A stretch of DNA of 64,000 nt, from the NCBI RefSeq assembly GCF_037042905.1, contig NC_087245.1:8620001-8684000 (forward strand), read 5' to 3'. The stretch comes from Lytechinus pictus (Eukaryota). The notes beneath the pieces were generated by a model. The model was not told the DNA's origin, made no database searches, and was given only the letters and a program-made list of their open reading frames with translations. How positions within the stretch are numbered: the stretch's first letter is position 1; each line of letters starts with the position of its first letter. Shown here piece after piece: positions 1 through 12,886 of the stretch. The position numbers were made by a program, and so were the translations under genes.

Positions 1-459
1 GCTAATTTTTCATGGTATTGTTCAACACAAAATGCTATTTTTCTTGAGCCTTACGGGTCCTAGCTTGCATCTTAATAGGCTAGTTTGGAATTTCACAAGC
101 AAAATTGCCCTTAGCCCAATGTATATTTTTCCACTAAAAATAAAACCTGATATATTCAAGGTCCATGTATTTTGTTTTCTAATTAAACATCTGAAATGCT
201 GACATACACATTTGGGAATACAACAATGCAAAATGCATTACATTGCATTACCTGGAATGTTGGCATCATCAAAATCACACCATAATCAAAACATAATGAA
301 TGTTTGATCAGTAGCACTTATCCTTACATGTTTAAATTAACAAATGAATACACACTGATATTTCTGCCTAAAGAGCGATTAACCCTACACCTAATAACTC
401 ACTGCGCTAAAGCATAATATATTATATCAATATCTATTCATGGGACCAGCCTTACTCAC

Positions 460-654
460 CATTCTTCATCCTTATGAGCCAAAAAGAACTCGCTAAGTTG
501 GGCCTTGTGAAACTCCAGCTTGTAAGCGTTGTATTTCTTTACTGCCTCTTGGTCATCAATAGAGTCTTCTTGCTTGGCCAAGAACTGCTTAAAACTAAGC
601 ATTTGATTGGAACTGCTCTCTCCTCGACCACCAGAGTCCCCTTCCATGCCATGG
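460..654 (-). CDS. SRRT: SRRT exon (..MLSFKQFLAKQEDSIDDQEAVKKYNAYKLEFHKAQLSEFFLAHKDEEW); gene continues beyond the window start
   Basis: Diagnostic Ars2 motif 'M.TFK.FL....D..D..EAVK.YN.YK..F......FFLAHKDEEW'. gtgagt donor at 459; tandem TAGTAG acceptor (exon start 654 or 657). Confidence 0.95.
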
Positions 655-759
655 CTACTAGGAATGTTTGAACCATATTATAAAACATGTTCAGAATTAT
701 GAATATATGCAGTTCTTTCAACTCACTCAATTAAAAAAAAAACAGGAAGGGGTAGTAAA

Positions 760-1918
760 AACAAGTGGAATGCCTCTGGCGGTCTCACCTGCATCACGCG
801 ATTCAATCGATTCAATAAAGCAGCAGTGCTGACTTTGAAAATAACTATAAAATAATTATTCACAAAAACATCATTCATATAATGATACAATACTACGTTC
901 ATTGACCTTTGACCTTGATCATTTGACCTAAAACTTGTCAGTGATACTTGATTACCCCTATATCCACATTTTATACACTATATCTATAGACTTTGAAAGT
1001 TACGACAGCAATCTAATAATTACCTCTAAAATGGCCAAAGTTCAATAACCTTAAATGACCTTTGACTTTCGTCATGTGACCTGAACCTCGCATGAGATGT
1101 TCAGTGATACTTGATGACTCTTATGTCAAAGTTTTATGAACTAGACCAATATACGTAGAGTTATGATGGTAATTCAACAAATACCCCGACATGGCCAAAG
1201 TCCAAGTACCTTTGACCACAGTCATGTGACCTGAAACTCGCACAAGATGTTCAGTGATACTTGGTTACTCGTATGTCCACGTTTTATGGACTATATACAC
1301 TTACACGGATATGATGGTAATTCAACAAATACCCCCATTATGGCCAAAGTTCATTGACCTTTGACGTTGGTCATGTGACCTTAAATTCGCACAGGATGTT
1401 CAGTGATACTTGATTACTCTTATGTCCAAGTTTCATGAATCAGATCCATAAACTTTCAAAGTTATGATAGTATTTCAACAGATGCCCACAATTTGGCCAA
1501 AGTTCATTGACCCTAAATGACATTTGACCTTAGTCATGTGACATGAAACTCAAGCAGAATGTTCAGTAATACTTGATTAACCTTATGTCCAAGTTTCATG
1601 AACTAGGTCCATATTTTCTAAGTTATGATGACATTTCAAAAACTTAACCTTAGGTTAAGATTTTGATGTTGATTCCCCCAACATGGTCTAAGTTCATTGA
1701 CCCTAAATGACCTTTGACCTTGGTCATGTGACCTGAAACTAAGGCAGGATGCTCAGTAATACTTGATTAACCTTATGGCCAAGTTTCATGACCTAGGTCC
1801 ATATTCTTTCTAAGTTATGCTGTCATTGAAAAAACTTAACCTTCGTTTAAGATTTGGTGTTGACGCCGCCGCCGTCGGAAAAGTGGCGCCTATAGTCTCA
1901 CTCTGCTTCGCAGACAAA
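760..1918 (-). mobile_element. Non-autonomous Helentron-type element (HINE/DINE-1-like), family A copy 1, in an SRRT intron
   Basis: Subterminal IR GTCTCACCTGCAT at 782-794 (partner partly deleted near 1910), (GCC)n microsatellite, ~120-130 bp internal tandem repeats with tgacctttgacct motifs, A/T-run flanks, no TSD. Confidence 0.8.
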
Positions 1919-2248
1919 AATTGATAGTACAAGCCTGTGAAATGCCAGTCATGAAATAGCAATAATGAAGTTGCAAAAAATAACAATGCAGAAAAGCTGG
2001 GAAGGGATACACACAATCTTTTGCATGAACTGAAAAAATGTAAACATATTTGTAAAATGGGAAACATTGCAGGGAACCATCCTACATTCAGGAAACAAAA
2101 CAAAATATTTTTTCATTACAACACATCAGTCCCTTTATCAAATTGACTTTGGTGAAACTAAAAATTAGCTGACTAAATAATGTATTAAAGATTGAAAATA
2201 TAAAACCATATTGTTGCTTCAAAGGATTGGATCATTCATTAAGCTCAC

Positions 2249-2404
2249 CTGTGACCTTGACCTTGATACTGGCCTCCTCTACCACCTCTCATACCTCCAC
2301 TTCCACCTCCACCACCACCACCTCCTCCTCCACTCCATCCTCCATGATATCCACTGTATCCTTGACTGCTATGCCCACTATCATAACCATAGCTACCTCC
2401 ATCC
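2249..2404 (-). CDS. SRRT: SRRT Gly/Tyr-rich exon (DGGSYGYDSGH..GGGG..QGQGH)
   Basis: ttgtag acceptor, gtgag donor, 156 nt, phase 2-2. Lies within ORF 2245..2499. Confidence 0.88.
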
Positions 2405-2596
2405 CTACAAATAAAAAACATAATGCCATCTTTATTAATGTGCATGAAAGCACATGCCTTCAAAGACACATTTTCTTGTATTTCTGCAGAAAACATCATA
2501 AAAAAGGATTCTCAAGATAAGGGGGTAATGGATCAACAACATATTCCAATACAGCTGCATAAATTAATGAAGAATTCTTGTAAAATACTCTCTTAC

Positions 2597-2713
2597 CAGT
2601 CTCGTCGTTGTCTCTTGGCTGGAGGGCTCATGTCCTGACGCCTATTGGGTGGGCTGTATCTATCCTGCCGACCTCTGTCATAATCTGGGAATTCCCTGCG
2701 GCTCCATTCATTC
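2597..2713 (-). CDS. SRRT: SRRT exon ([39 protein letters not shown])
   Basis: tttcag acceptor and gtaag donor, 117 nt, phase 2-2. Resembles the Ars2 'FSPPRHELSPPQKRMRRDW' segment. Confidence 0.92.
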
Positions 2714-3399
2714 CTGAAATTTCGACTGTATGCATAGAGATACAAAAATAAATAAACGATTATATCAACACAGATGTTCCATATTATTTCTTTTATTAAT
2801 CTATGACATACATGTACATGTACAACTGAATCTGTTGATCACCAAAATAAATCTGTCGATGCTCATAGTTTTTTACATAATACTGGAGCTCTGGTTTCAT
2901 ATCGTGAACATAATGGCATTCCCTATAGATTCCGAAGTAGAGCACCACAATTATGTTGATAAATTAAAAAGGTCTATCCACATATTCAAACCACTGAATA
3001 AAGTCATGGTTTAAGGTTTACCTGTATACACCTTTGTAATTTATGCAGGCAACAATATAGAAATAATACAGGCTGGTATCTGGCCAATATCGTCAGCTCA
3101 AATTCATACCAGTGAATACTCAGGGAATACGGCTTCAGTGAAGAATTCTAAAATTCCAAGAACTTTTACTCTTTACAAATTGGTCAAAACCAGGTGACTG
3201 TGCCATGAAAATGAATGGAGTGTTATGAAAAACAGAAAATAAATCACCTTCATTCCTTATCACATTGTACTATTTTTCAAATAAAAATTTGTTCTTTCTA
3301 CCTGAAACATCCCTTGCTTAAAGTTAGAAAAGACAAACAATTGAACCAATAAAGATTGAGCGGTTGGCTCACTGCTCTAGCACACACTATTTTACTCAC

Positions 3400-3447
3400 T
3401 TTCTGTTTCTCATTTGAGTAGGAGACATCCTACCCACTTGGCCTCGC
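3400..3447 (-). CDS. SRRT: SRRT 48-nt in-frame microexon (RGQVGRMSPTQMRNR)
   Basis: Acceptor ttctcttctcttccgtag, donor gtgagt, phase 2-2, stop-free in the SRRT frame. Confidence 0.7.
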
Positions 3448-3566
3448 CTACGGAAGAGAAGAGAAATTATCAAAGGTACAACTGCATGCCTCCTCAGCTG
3501 GAGGGTGCAAAAAATTTCCACATTTCCAATTTTAGAGGAACAAGTTTGAAGTCATATAAAGATCTG

Positions 3567-3735
3567 GTGGTTGTTTCATAAAGCTGATCGTAAGTTAAGA
3601 GCGACTTTAAGAACAACTGGTGATCATTTCTTGTGATAAATGGTATATACCAAAATGTTAATTGGCGATAGTTTAGCGCGTAAGAAAGGATCACTAGTTG
3701 TTCTTAACTTACCAACAGCTTTATGAAACGGCCCC
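3567..3735. mobile_element. PIF/Harbinger-like palindromic MITE (related partial copy at ~17608-17741)
   Basis: Termini g.gg..gtttcataaagctg / cagctttatgaaacggcccc; internal inverted symmetry. Confidence 0.7.
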
Positions 3736-3859
3736 TTGAACATTCATATTTTGGAGATGTACCAGACATGCACCCTCCAGTCAGACATCAGTAAATTTAC
3801 CTTGGAAGTTTACAAGAAAGCTATCACCACCAATGTGTACAGTGTATGTTAAAAGTAAG

Positions 3860-4262
3860 CAGACCTGCCAACCTTCTACAACAAAAAAAAGTATTCTTGG
3901 AAGGAAAAAAAATTGACAAAAAAAGAGTATTTTTTAAAATTCGTCTCATTGTAACAATCGCCAGCCTGTTGTAGTGAGTTCGGTGAAAAAACATGTGAAA
4001 TTACTACTTGAAAACTTGATAATTCACCCTTTTAAACATGTGCTCGTAGGCAAGAATTTACTTGTTCTTTTCATGCAACGAGTTACTGGCCCGACAGTGA
4101 CTGTCGGACTGGCGCGAGTGTCACGTGCTGTGTATAATACATGTACATACTCCATGATCGGAAATTTTAAAAAAAGAGTAACAAATCATATAAAAAGTAT
4201 TGGTGTATTCATAGCAAAAAAGAGGAACAAATAATCTAAAAAGGGAATGGTTGGCATGTCTG
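3860..4262. mobile_element. MITE with 14-bp TIRs and 6-bp TSD (hAT6-like)
   Basis: CAGACCTGCCAACC ... GGTTGGCATGTCTG (1 mismatch), flanked by AGTAAG on both sides. Confidence 0.8.
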
Positions 4263-4287
4263 AGTAAGCATGGTTCTACTCCTACAG

Positions 4288-5265
4288 CAACCAAAAAATT
4301 ACACGGGGGCGGCGGGCGAATTCGCCCCGGAAAGTCCAAAAAGAGCCCCAGAAAAGGGCTAAAAACATTCACACGAGGGCGACTGCAAAACTCATAATCG
4401 CCCCCGTTAACACTGTATATTTCACAGTGGCAAATTGTCCATAGACTGTGTACAACGAATAGACCCTCTTGGCTCAGCGAATCGGAGACCGCTGATTGGC
4501 CAATCGTGCAGATCACGTCATGACTACGTGGTCGCCAAAATAATTCCTTCGGACTGCGTGCGAAAGTATCGATAGCGATAACGATATCCGGTCACATTGT
4601 CTACGCGGGAAATGGTCTTGGTTCGTGATCGGATCGCTCCAGTATCGATCGAAAATTATCGAGACTCTGCAATTTCATGCATATTCCCGCGACGCTCCGA
4701 AACCCGGACATCAATTGACTTTGTACACGTTGCGATAGACTCTACAAACTCCAACGAACACGATGCTATATCAACGCTAATTCGTAAGATTTTGACCGAA
4801 AACCAAGAAGTAATCGAAATTCGCTTACCTGTTCGGTATCGGTGAGAAAATAGATCCTCCGAGAATACCTTTCATAATTCATATAAATTGTAGGAAAGTG
4901 AAATTCTAGGTCGATTTTGGTACGAGGTGATAGAGCATTGCACACTTGTTTTGGTGGAATACTGTGTGGGGCTATGGAAGGCTTGCACTGCGCATGCTTA
5001 CTATATTTTCATTCATAAATTGGCTCTCGGCAGTGGCTGGATGACGTCATGTAATAAGCTGACCAGCATCCCTTCAATGTGGCACACACACACACACACA
5101 CACACACCCTCACACACACAAACGCAAAAAAGCCGCGAAATAACTCCAGAAATTGTAGCCCTGGAAAGTGGAAAAAGAGCCCTGGAAAATGAAAAAGTAG
5201 CCCTGGAAATTTTTTAAGTTTCTCCAAAAAGAGCCCTGGAAAGAAAAAAAGTAATTTTTTGGTTG
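4288..5265. mobile_element. Non-autonomous DNA transposon with perfect 15-bp TIRs and 8-bp TSD (hAT- or P-like)
   Basis: CAACCAAAAAATTAC...GTAATTTTTTGGTTG; TSD TCCTACAG at 4280-4287 and 5266-5273; subterminal agccctggaaa repeats. Confidence 0.9.
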
Positions 5266-5419
5266 TCCTACAGGTACATGTTCAATAAAAGGGGCGTTAA
5301 AGAAATAAAGGATAAAGTAAACCTATCAATTGACAATGCAGATATCTTAATAACTATACAATTACTATGAGAAAAAAAATTAGTATCAAGAATATAGTTC
5401 AACCCTGTATTATCACCTG

Positions 5420-5690
5420 GGGCCTGTCTTACAAAGAGTTGCGATTGATCCGATCAATCGCAACTATGGAAAGCCAGCAAAGTCAACATATAAAATGCAT
5501 GTTTGTTCAAAAAACATTCTAGATATGAATGTATATCCATAAATTCATTGATTTCTTGACAATTTGGTGTGATCTCCTTTGTTTACAAAGGACATTTTGC
5601 AAATTTCCTGTCGAAAAAATTATGACCCTGATGGATTTCCATAGAGTTACGATTGATTGGATCAATCGTAAGTCTTTGTAAGGCGGGGCC
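5420..5690. mobile_element. PIF/Harbinger-like MITE
   Basis: gggcctgtcttacaaagag..gattgatcc.atcaatcg.aactatggaaa is mirrored at the right end; CTG/CAG flanks. Confidence 0.75.
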
Positions 5691-6495
5691 CAGGATATTA
5701 TAGAAGAGGAAACTAAATGTACATGTAAATACATGTCCTTGTAATACATTGTATATAACACCTTTAGAAGCAAAAGACTCTATTACTGAATCATTTGTTT
5801 TGCAAGTGTACTGTACACAAGACAAAAATACGTATCTACATGTAGTACGGATGTGTTTGCAAGTGCAATTCTATTCAAAATAAGGAAAAATTTTCAACCA
5901 CCTTTTTAACGCGAAACATGAAACAAATTCAACTAACAATTTGATTTCAGCAAATATTTTCCATTTTATCAGTTATTTCTGTGTGACATTTAATTACCAA
6001 TTTACTATCAGCTATATTCTTTACAATTCTCCCATGGAGGCATGTCATCACATACATTAAAGACCTTTCAGACTGAAACTACCAAAAAAAGTTACTTAAA
6101 ATTACAAACTACCTGTATTTATATACCTTATTTTGATTTGTTGAGATTTAGCAGAAAGTATATCTTACAATAAGTCTTACCTTATTGCGAATATCAATCA
6201 TCAATTTCTTAAATTACTTCATTAAATTGTTGACCCCTCATTCGACATGAATTGTTTTCTTTGTTGTTCTCTTATGTTAAGTTATCATCTTTAATGCTAT
6301 TTTCTATAACCATGTATTTAAATGTTCAGCATCTTTCACTTGTATGTATTGACTTGTATATGAGTTTTTATGAAGTATGAAATAAAATCAATTCAAAATC
6401 ATTTCCACCATGCAGTCTTTGAAATTTCTAAACTATGATCAAACTCAAAATAAAGCCAAGGAATATATTTAAAAAATTGAATAAAGTAGATTTAC

Positions 6496-6617
6496 CGATC
6501 CTGCCAATCATCTCTTCTCCTGTCATCCCTCTCTCGTCTGTCATTGTAGTCTCTACGCTCACCACGGAACTTATCACGGCGTTGCCTACGACGATCAAAT
6601 TCTTCATCACTATCCAT
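6496..6617 (-). CDS. SRRT: SRRT/Ars2 first coding exon (MDSDEEFDRRRQRRDKFRGERRDYNDRRERDDRRRDDWQD..)
   Basis: Translation closely matches the metazoan Ars2 N-terminus as I recall it ([20 protein letters not shown]..). ATG at 6617; GT donor at 6495-6494, phase 2. A polypyrimidine+AG acceptor at 6661-6660 implies an upstream non-coding exon. Confidence 0.93.
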
Positions 6618-9109
6618 CTTTATTTTTTAAACAGTGCAGGTCTACTGCTATGGATCAATCTATGTAGAGAGAGAAATTGAGTTTATTATTCCTAACGGCA
6701 TTTTACACAATCAATTAGGCCTACACATAATTAAAATTTAATGTAGTGAATGTTACTGTTCAGTGATTGTATCAAAGCAACTGAACAATTTTCACTTTGA
6801 ATATCGCTACACAAAATAGTTAAACAAGGGCCTCATTTGCCCCATTGAAAGATTTGCAATAATTCTGGTGAAACAGTATTAGGCATGTCTTCATGAGAAT
6901 TCATTCGGTGGGCTGATGATGTCACATCCCCAATTTCCTTTTTATGAGGACTATTAGATAGGGATCGTTTCGCATTTGCACAGATCTTGATCTATAGTCA
7001 TATCATGAATATTCATAATTTGAGCTGCGTTTTCCGCACATGCAGAAATTTGTGTTTGCGATGTTTTAGAATCGGCAGTGAATTAATACGTTTGGGGATA
7101 CTGGCTCTAAATCACCAATTTTGAGACTAACCGAAGGATGGATATGGTGTGAAAAGTAGGAAGAGAAAGTTTTTTATTCTTTTTAAAATCGTGTTGGTGC
7201 ATGAGTCTTATATTCCCCCCCCCCCCTTTAAATCCCATCTTTGTCACTCAGAGTATCAGAGCGAGTTCACCACATTGATGTTCGGGTAGGTGTAGTGGTA
7301 GTGTAGTGGTAGTGAAGTGGAGCCTACACAAACTTCACTAGAGGTACGCGCGGAGTAAAGATTCTCACACAGTGCTGGACTAGGAAGGGAAGAGGGTCGC
7401 GCGATCAGCCAATCAGCATGCAGGGATTCCGTCTACTGCAATGCTATGGCCCATGGTTGGGGAAAGTTCTATGTGCTGATTCAGATGAGGTACTTTTTAA
7501 TGCTTTTAAACCAGGGTAGGAATTAATTATTTTTTTTAGGGGCTACTTTCTTTTTTACATTGGGGCTACCACTGAATATCTTGGGGCTATTTTCTAATTC
7601 ATGGGGCTACTTTTTTTAATCACATATCAGCAATTACCTTTTGACATTCCGAGACTCAATGTGATGCCTAAAAGCTCAGAACATTTTGAACTGTAATAAC
7701 TGTATACATGTAAGTTTGTATTTTGGTTGAGGATTTGTTCAAATAGACTCAAAGATCACATATATGATATCAAAGAAAGGTGTTCACCATATATGAATGT
7801 CCAGGCTTGTTTATTCTTTAGGTTTGTCTCAACTTTGAATAGTGATATCAGCCCTGAGTGATATAGTGATGAGCAGTTGAATGAGTGGCTATTGAGTAAT
7901 ATATCCAGCTGAGCAGATCAATGATACTGTTAAGGCACACCCAAATCAAGCTGCAGTGCTGCACCAAATTTATAATTCCATGATGATTTCCATCAATGCT
8001 GAAGATGTTTAACCATTGGCAGCATTGATGGAATTATGAATTGGAGAGGCTTCTGGCGCTGGCTCTGGCAGAGCCAGGTTGAACTCGAATTAGAAACTTA
8101 TCCATCTCGCACTCCGACTCGACAATGTCGATAATCAGCGCTGTCACAATCACCAGCTGATCGCATACAATTCTGTGCATGCCTAGTACACATAATATAC
8201 CGTACGATGCATGTGGTCTCGTTACCAGCTGTGCAGTCTAATCGTGCACGCGTACATGTACATAAGCCATGCGACAAGTGCGTCAACAAATCTAAAAACC
8301 CCTTGCTAAAGACTATGCGTACTCCACATCCCATATTGCATTGCGCGTTTATTTACAATCGCGAAGCTTCCGGTGTTACGGAAGGCTCGGATATTGCATC
8401 GACCGTTCAACTTAAAGCTGGCAAGGGCGATATAAAAGATGCGCTTGCTCCGCCGCCGGAGAACGTAATTATGTGAAGTATTTTTTTACATTGTCGACGG
8501 TATTTTATTGGGGCGATTCTGAAATAGTCGCCCCAAAGCATTGGGTTTTGAGAATTTTTTGGGGCGATTTGGGCTGTCATGGGGGCGACGCTGTTTTAAA
8601 CAAGCTGTGATTAGGGTTCTCAAAATAAAAATGAAATTTTTAAATATATAAATTTGATAGATTTAAAAATTTAGTTTATTTACCGGTTAATATTTATTTT
8701 TACTGATTAAAATCAATTAATTTCATGTTGCTTATGATCAGAAAATTTTGTCAACAATGTCCAAAAAAAGTATAAAAAAACAAAAAACAAAGAAATACTT
8801 CAGAAAGAAAAAAAAAAACTTCAAGGGCTTTGTTTATAGATTTCCAGTCAAATTCTAATTTCATGCATGAATTAGTAAAATCTATTAATTACAAATAAAT
8901 TTAAACAATTTTAGAACGATCAAATATACAAATTTTTCATCTGTGACAGGCATGTTGCATTTCGTCACAATTGCGCAATTAACGGTCAAGATCTTGAGGG
9001 CCCCCACCCCCATTCCGCCCATCTTTCCTGCCTCCAAAATACCCTGGCAGTCTTATTAGGGTTAGATTAAGTTTACATTAAGCAACCATAAAATTCTTAC
9101 AATGGATTT

Positions 9110-9361
9110 CAGTGGCGTAATGAGGGGGCTAAATATGGCGGATGGAACAAAAGTTCTCAAAAGATGCGAGGGAGCGAAGCGAGCGAGCAAATTTGTTGAC
9201 CTTTTAAATACAGAAATCGAATTTTTTGAAAGATTTGACGTAATATTCAGAAAATAATATACTATTTCACCCTTTCCCGTTCCCTTTCTTTCTTTTTCTC
9301 TTTTTTTTCTTGGTCGTGAAACATTGGGGGGGGGGCATGGCCCCCCATCTATATGCCAGTG
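9110..9361. mobile_element. hAT-like MITE
   Basis: CAGTGGCGTA...TATGCCAGTG with exact 8-bp TSD ATGGATTT. Confidence 0.85.
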
Positions 9362-9716
9362 ATGGATTTAATACTTTTTGCTACATGTACGATGAAATTG
9401 CTCTCTCTCTCTCTCCCTCACCCATCCTCACTACGTGTACATGTGTGTGCAAGATAAATTATGAGGAATAATTGCATAGCATATGAAGTGACGTTTCTCA
9501 ACCAGAGATTCCTTATATATTATTTACTGTTGCATGTTTTCATTTTTGTTCATCATATTAAACCATCTTGACCCCTTTACCCCTCCCCCCATGATAAAAA
9601 CCTAGTAGTCAAATGACGTTTCATTTTATTTTGTTTTGATATACATGCAATGTATACATGTGAGAAAAAAATGCCAAACCTTTTTTCAAAAATTTCAATT
9701 TAATTTATTCCTTCAG

Positions 9717-10990
9717 GTGAGGCTTTGTCCGCATTTCCAGAAAGACACAAGATAGTATCAGAAAGCCATGCCAAAATCAAAGACTGAAGGGTCTGGAGAG
9801 CCAGACAAAGAGCCTAGAAATGTGATTTAACCCGTAAGTTAAACTTATTTATAATTCTGATTCACTTTGGCATAGGAAGTAAGTCACATAATAACAATTT
9901 GAATGATTTTTGTCTTCTTGATTTGCTCTTCGTCAAGAATCCAGTCCATATTTTAGAATTAAACTCTAAGTTCGAGGTGTTAAATGGATATATGATATTT
10001 CTTTTACAGCTGCAAAAATAACAAACCAATATCAATCATTGGTAGATAATGTGACTTGCTTTCTCTTGCCAAATTGGTACATGAATATTCTGCATTTCTA
10101 TAATTATTGACCACTACCACCTAAGATGCAACATGTCAAATTACTGCAAAGACATAGATGCTAGTTATTCACTTCATATTTTTTATTATTAATTTGTCAG
10201 TAAAGGAGTAAAAGGACTCAGGGAGATTACCCGAAGAAGCTCACATAATTTTTTTTACTGGTAGACCTATACATTCATTTGATGAATAATTGAGTTCATG
10301 CAAAATCAACTGAATGTAATGAGTACAAAATCCTGTTAATACACCTTACTAGGTGAGGCTATTCTGGTAGATCATCCCGGGGGGTGCCTGAGGATCTTGT
10401 CCATTTGGAGAAATCTTGCAAAGTATCGAAAGGTGCCTCCACCCCCCCCCCCCCAGTCTATTAAGGGTTAACAATGAAAGTGAAATTAGGAATAACTTTG
10501 GTATCTTGCTTACATGCATTGTAAATTAATTACTATTTCAGGTACTTCAATCACATGAACAGCAGCAGGAGCAAAAACAGCAGCAACCACACAGGAGATG
10601 TAACGACTATTGACCAACAGCAGCATCAACAATTTCTGCAGGATATGCAAAAACCACAACGGCAACCTCAACAACATCAAGATGTCCAAAAATCACTCCG
10701 GGAACGTTAACAGCAACCACAACTTCAGCAGGAGTTTCAACAAACACATCAGCAAAAACCAACAGCAGCTGCAACAACAGCACTTATGAAATGAATCTGA
10801 TTGAAACTCAAAAGCCAATGAGGCAACATCTTTTAAAAAATGAGACATCATTTATTCATTCTTTTACAGGATAGAAGAAAAGCTTTTTTTGAAAGTGTAA
10901 ATTTGCAGGAACACAATGTATGTTCCCTATGTATCTATTTATTGAAATAAATTTGACTTTAAAAAGAATGAATGATGATTCAATAAATAT
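9717..10990 (+). pseudogene. Decayed two-exon Gln-rich coding remnant with poly(A) signals
   Basis: Exon 9717-9833 (ttcag/gtaagt) and an exon from 10542 (tttcag) join in phase 0. CAA/CAG-rich codons with frameshifts and TAA stops; AATAAA at ~10946 and ~10983. Confidence 0.5.
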
Positions 10991-12886
10991 CTACTTTTTA
11001 TTTGTCAATGAGTAAAAATACCTGTATTTTCTATTTAGAATGACAAAAAGCAATTTACCAATCAAAATCATCAAAAAATTGACCAATATGGTTGTTAGGC
11101 AAGGCTCGACATAAGCGGTGGCCCGGGGCCGCCAGAAATTCACCTCGGGCAACCATTATTGATAAAATGTTAAGTTTTGGTGGCCCGAATAGGGCAACCA
11201 ATAATTTTCAAAGTAGCGCAATTTTTCTCCCGATTTTGCTTTCTTTCTACAGTTCAAATTGCAACCCAGTTCGTCATGCGCCCTTTTTGTTGATCTACAC
11301 ACAAATACACACACACAAAGTTTGCATATTAGGCCTACAGCTATAGCATACAGTAGCTATTATCCAGCCAGCCGCGCCGGCCGGCTGGCGTGAGCTTTGC
11401 ATGAAGCCACTGCATACAGCTGTGCTCTAGATGGAGCTGCGATAAAAAATGTTGCTGCTAAGAAATCTTCCACAGAACTTTGAAAATCTGAGTCAAAGTC
11501 ACATTTTACACCAATGAAATGACATTCTACAGTCTATATTACGAAAATTTGGTGTACCCTGATTATTTGCAAGCATTAAGAAGAGGAATTATGACCTCTC
11601 TTTTGACTACAAAAGACCGATTTCCAAATGAATTAATACACATAAAAACACATAGGCAAGTACATCACAGTCCCACGTGTGCATTTGTATGTATGTTGAT
11701 ACTTGGTTTCTTTCGTAGCTGTGTCTTTTCTAGCCAAAAATAAACAGACAGTTTCTTTCTTTCTTGTTTATAATTGACTTCTAAACCACTCTTGAGAAAG
11801 TAAATACTTTGGGAAGGCATTTCATTGATATGAAATGTGAATTTTTCCAACATTTTGGCAAATATAGGGAAGGACTTTTCTCACACTTTTTTTCCAGATA
11901 TAACTTTTGCCGTTTTCTTCTTATTTTTTTTCTTTCATTTTTTTACAGTGGTTAAACCATTTATACCCCTTCCCATTGAATATGCCTGATTGAAAAATAT
12001 GTTTCTACTGAAAATAAAATAATATAAACTAAAGGATATAAAAATAGAAATGTGCCATTCCCAGAAGTAGGGAGACCGGACCTAATTTTTATCTTTGGAT
12101 AGGGTTGGACTTACGTGCTATGACTGTAATCATTTTATAGGGAAAATTTCACTCATACCAACTGCCGAATTTCTTGAAGTTATTCCATTTTACTGCAAAG
12201 TTACAAGCGAAGAGAAATTGACATTTTTCCGCCAATAATAGCTCAAAAACCTCCCAAAATATGGTCATCCACGATACGCATTCACGTCCAATTCAGGAAA
12301 TGAAGGCCTCCCTCGTAAGGAGGAGTCTCCGCGAATGTTGCTAATGATGTCAGCGCGCCATGATTTTTACGCTGCACGGTCATGAATATGTATTACTTTG
12401 ACCCCGACTGTCTTCAAAAGTTCGAGTTACGCACCCGTACGGGTGCGTTTAGGTCAGGTTTAGGTCAAGCCATGTCACGAGCGAATGCAATGCATAGAAA
12501 GAGAGAGGGAGAGAGAGGGGGAAAGAGACGCGATCGTAACGTCCAGAACCAATGCTTGAGAGGTTATGAGAGAGACAAAAGCTTATGATGAAATGTGTCT
12601 GGGATTATTTGTGTGCATCAAAAGTGTGTCCATTCAATGTACCTTCCCACGTGGCTCACGACACGGCGTGGAAATTTCCTTTGTTTATATTTATGTCTGA
12701 CATGGTCTGAGAGAGTCTGGCATTTGTCTGTGATTTGCATGTGATGTGGCAGTACATTATCGAGTTGTGTATCTGCTAAGACAGAGAAAGTTTAATCATC
12801 ACCTCATGAAAAAGGTATTCCCCAAAATTCGAGACGAGATGGGGCGGGGGGGGGGGCGAGGCAAAGAATGAGAAGAATCAGCATGG

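Noticed and set aside
900..1800. Regularly spaced repeats resembling a CRISPR array (also at 42700-43620 and 57740-58500)
   Set aside because: Whole ~125-bp units are homologous with no unique spacers, there are no cas genes, and the context is eukaryotic. These are HINE core repeats.
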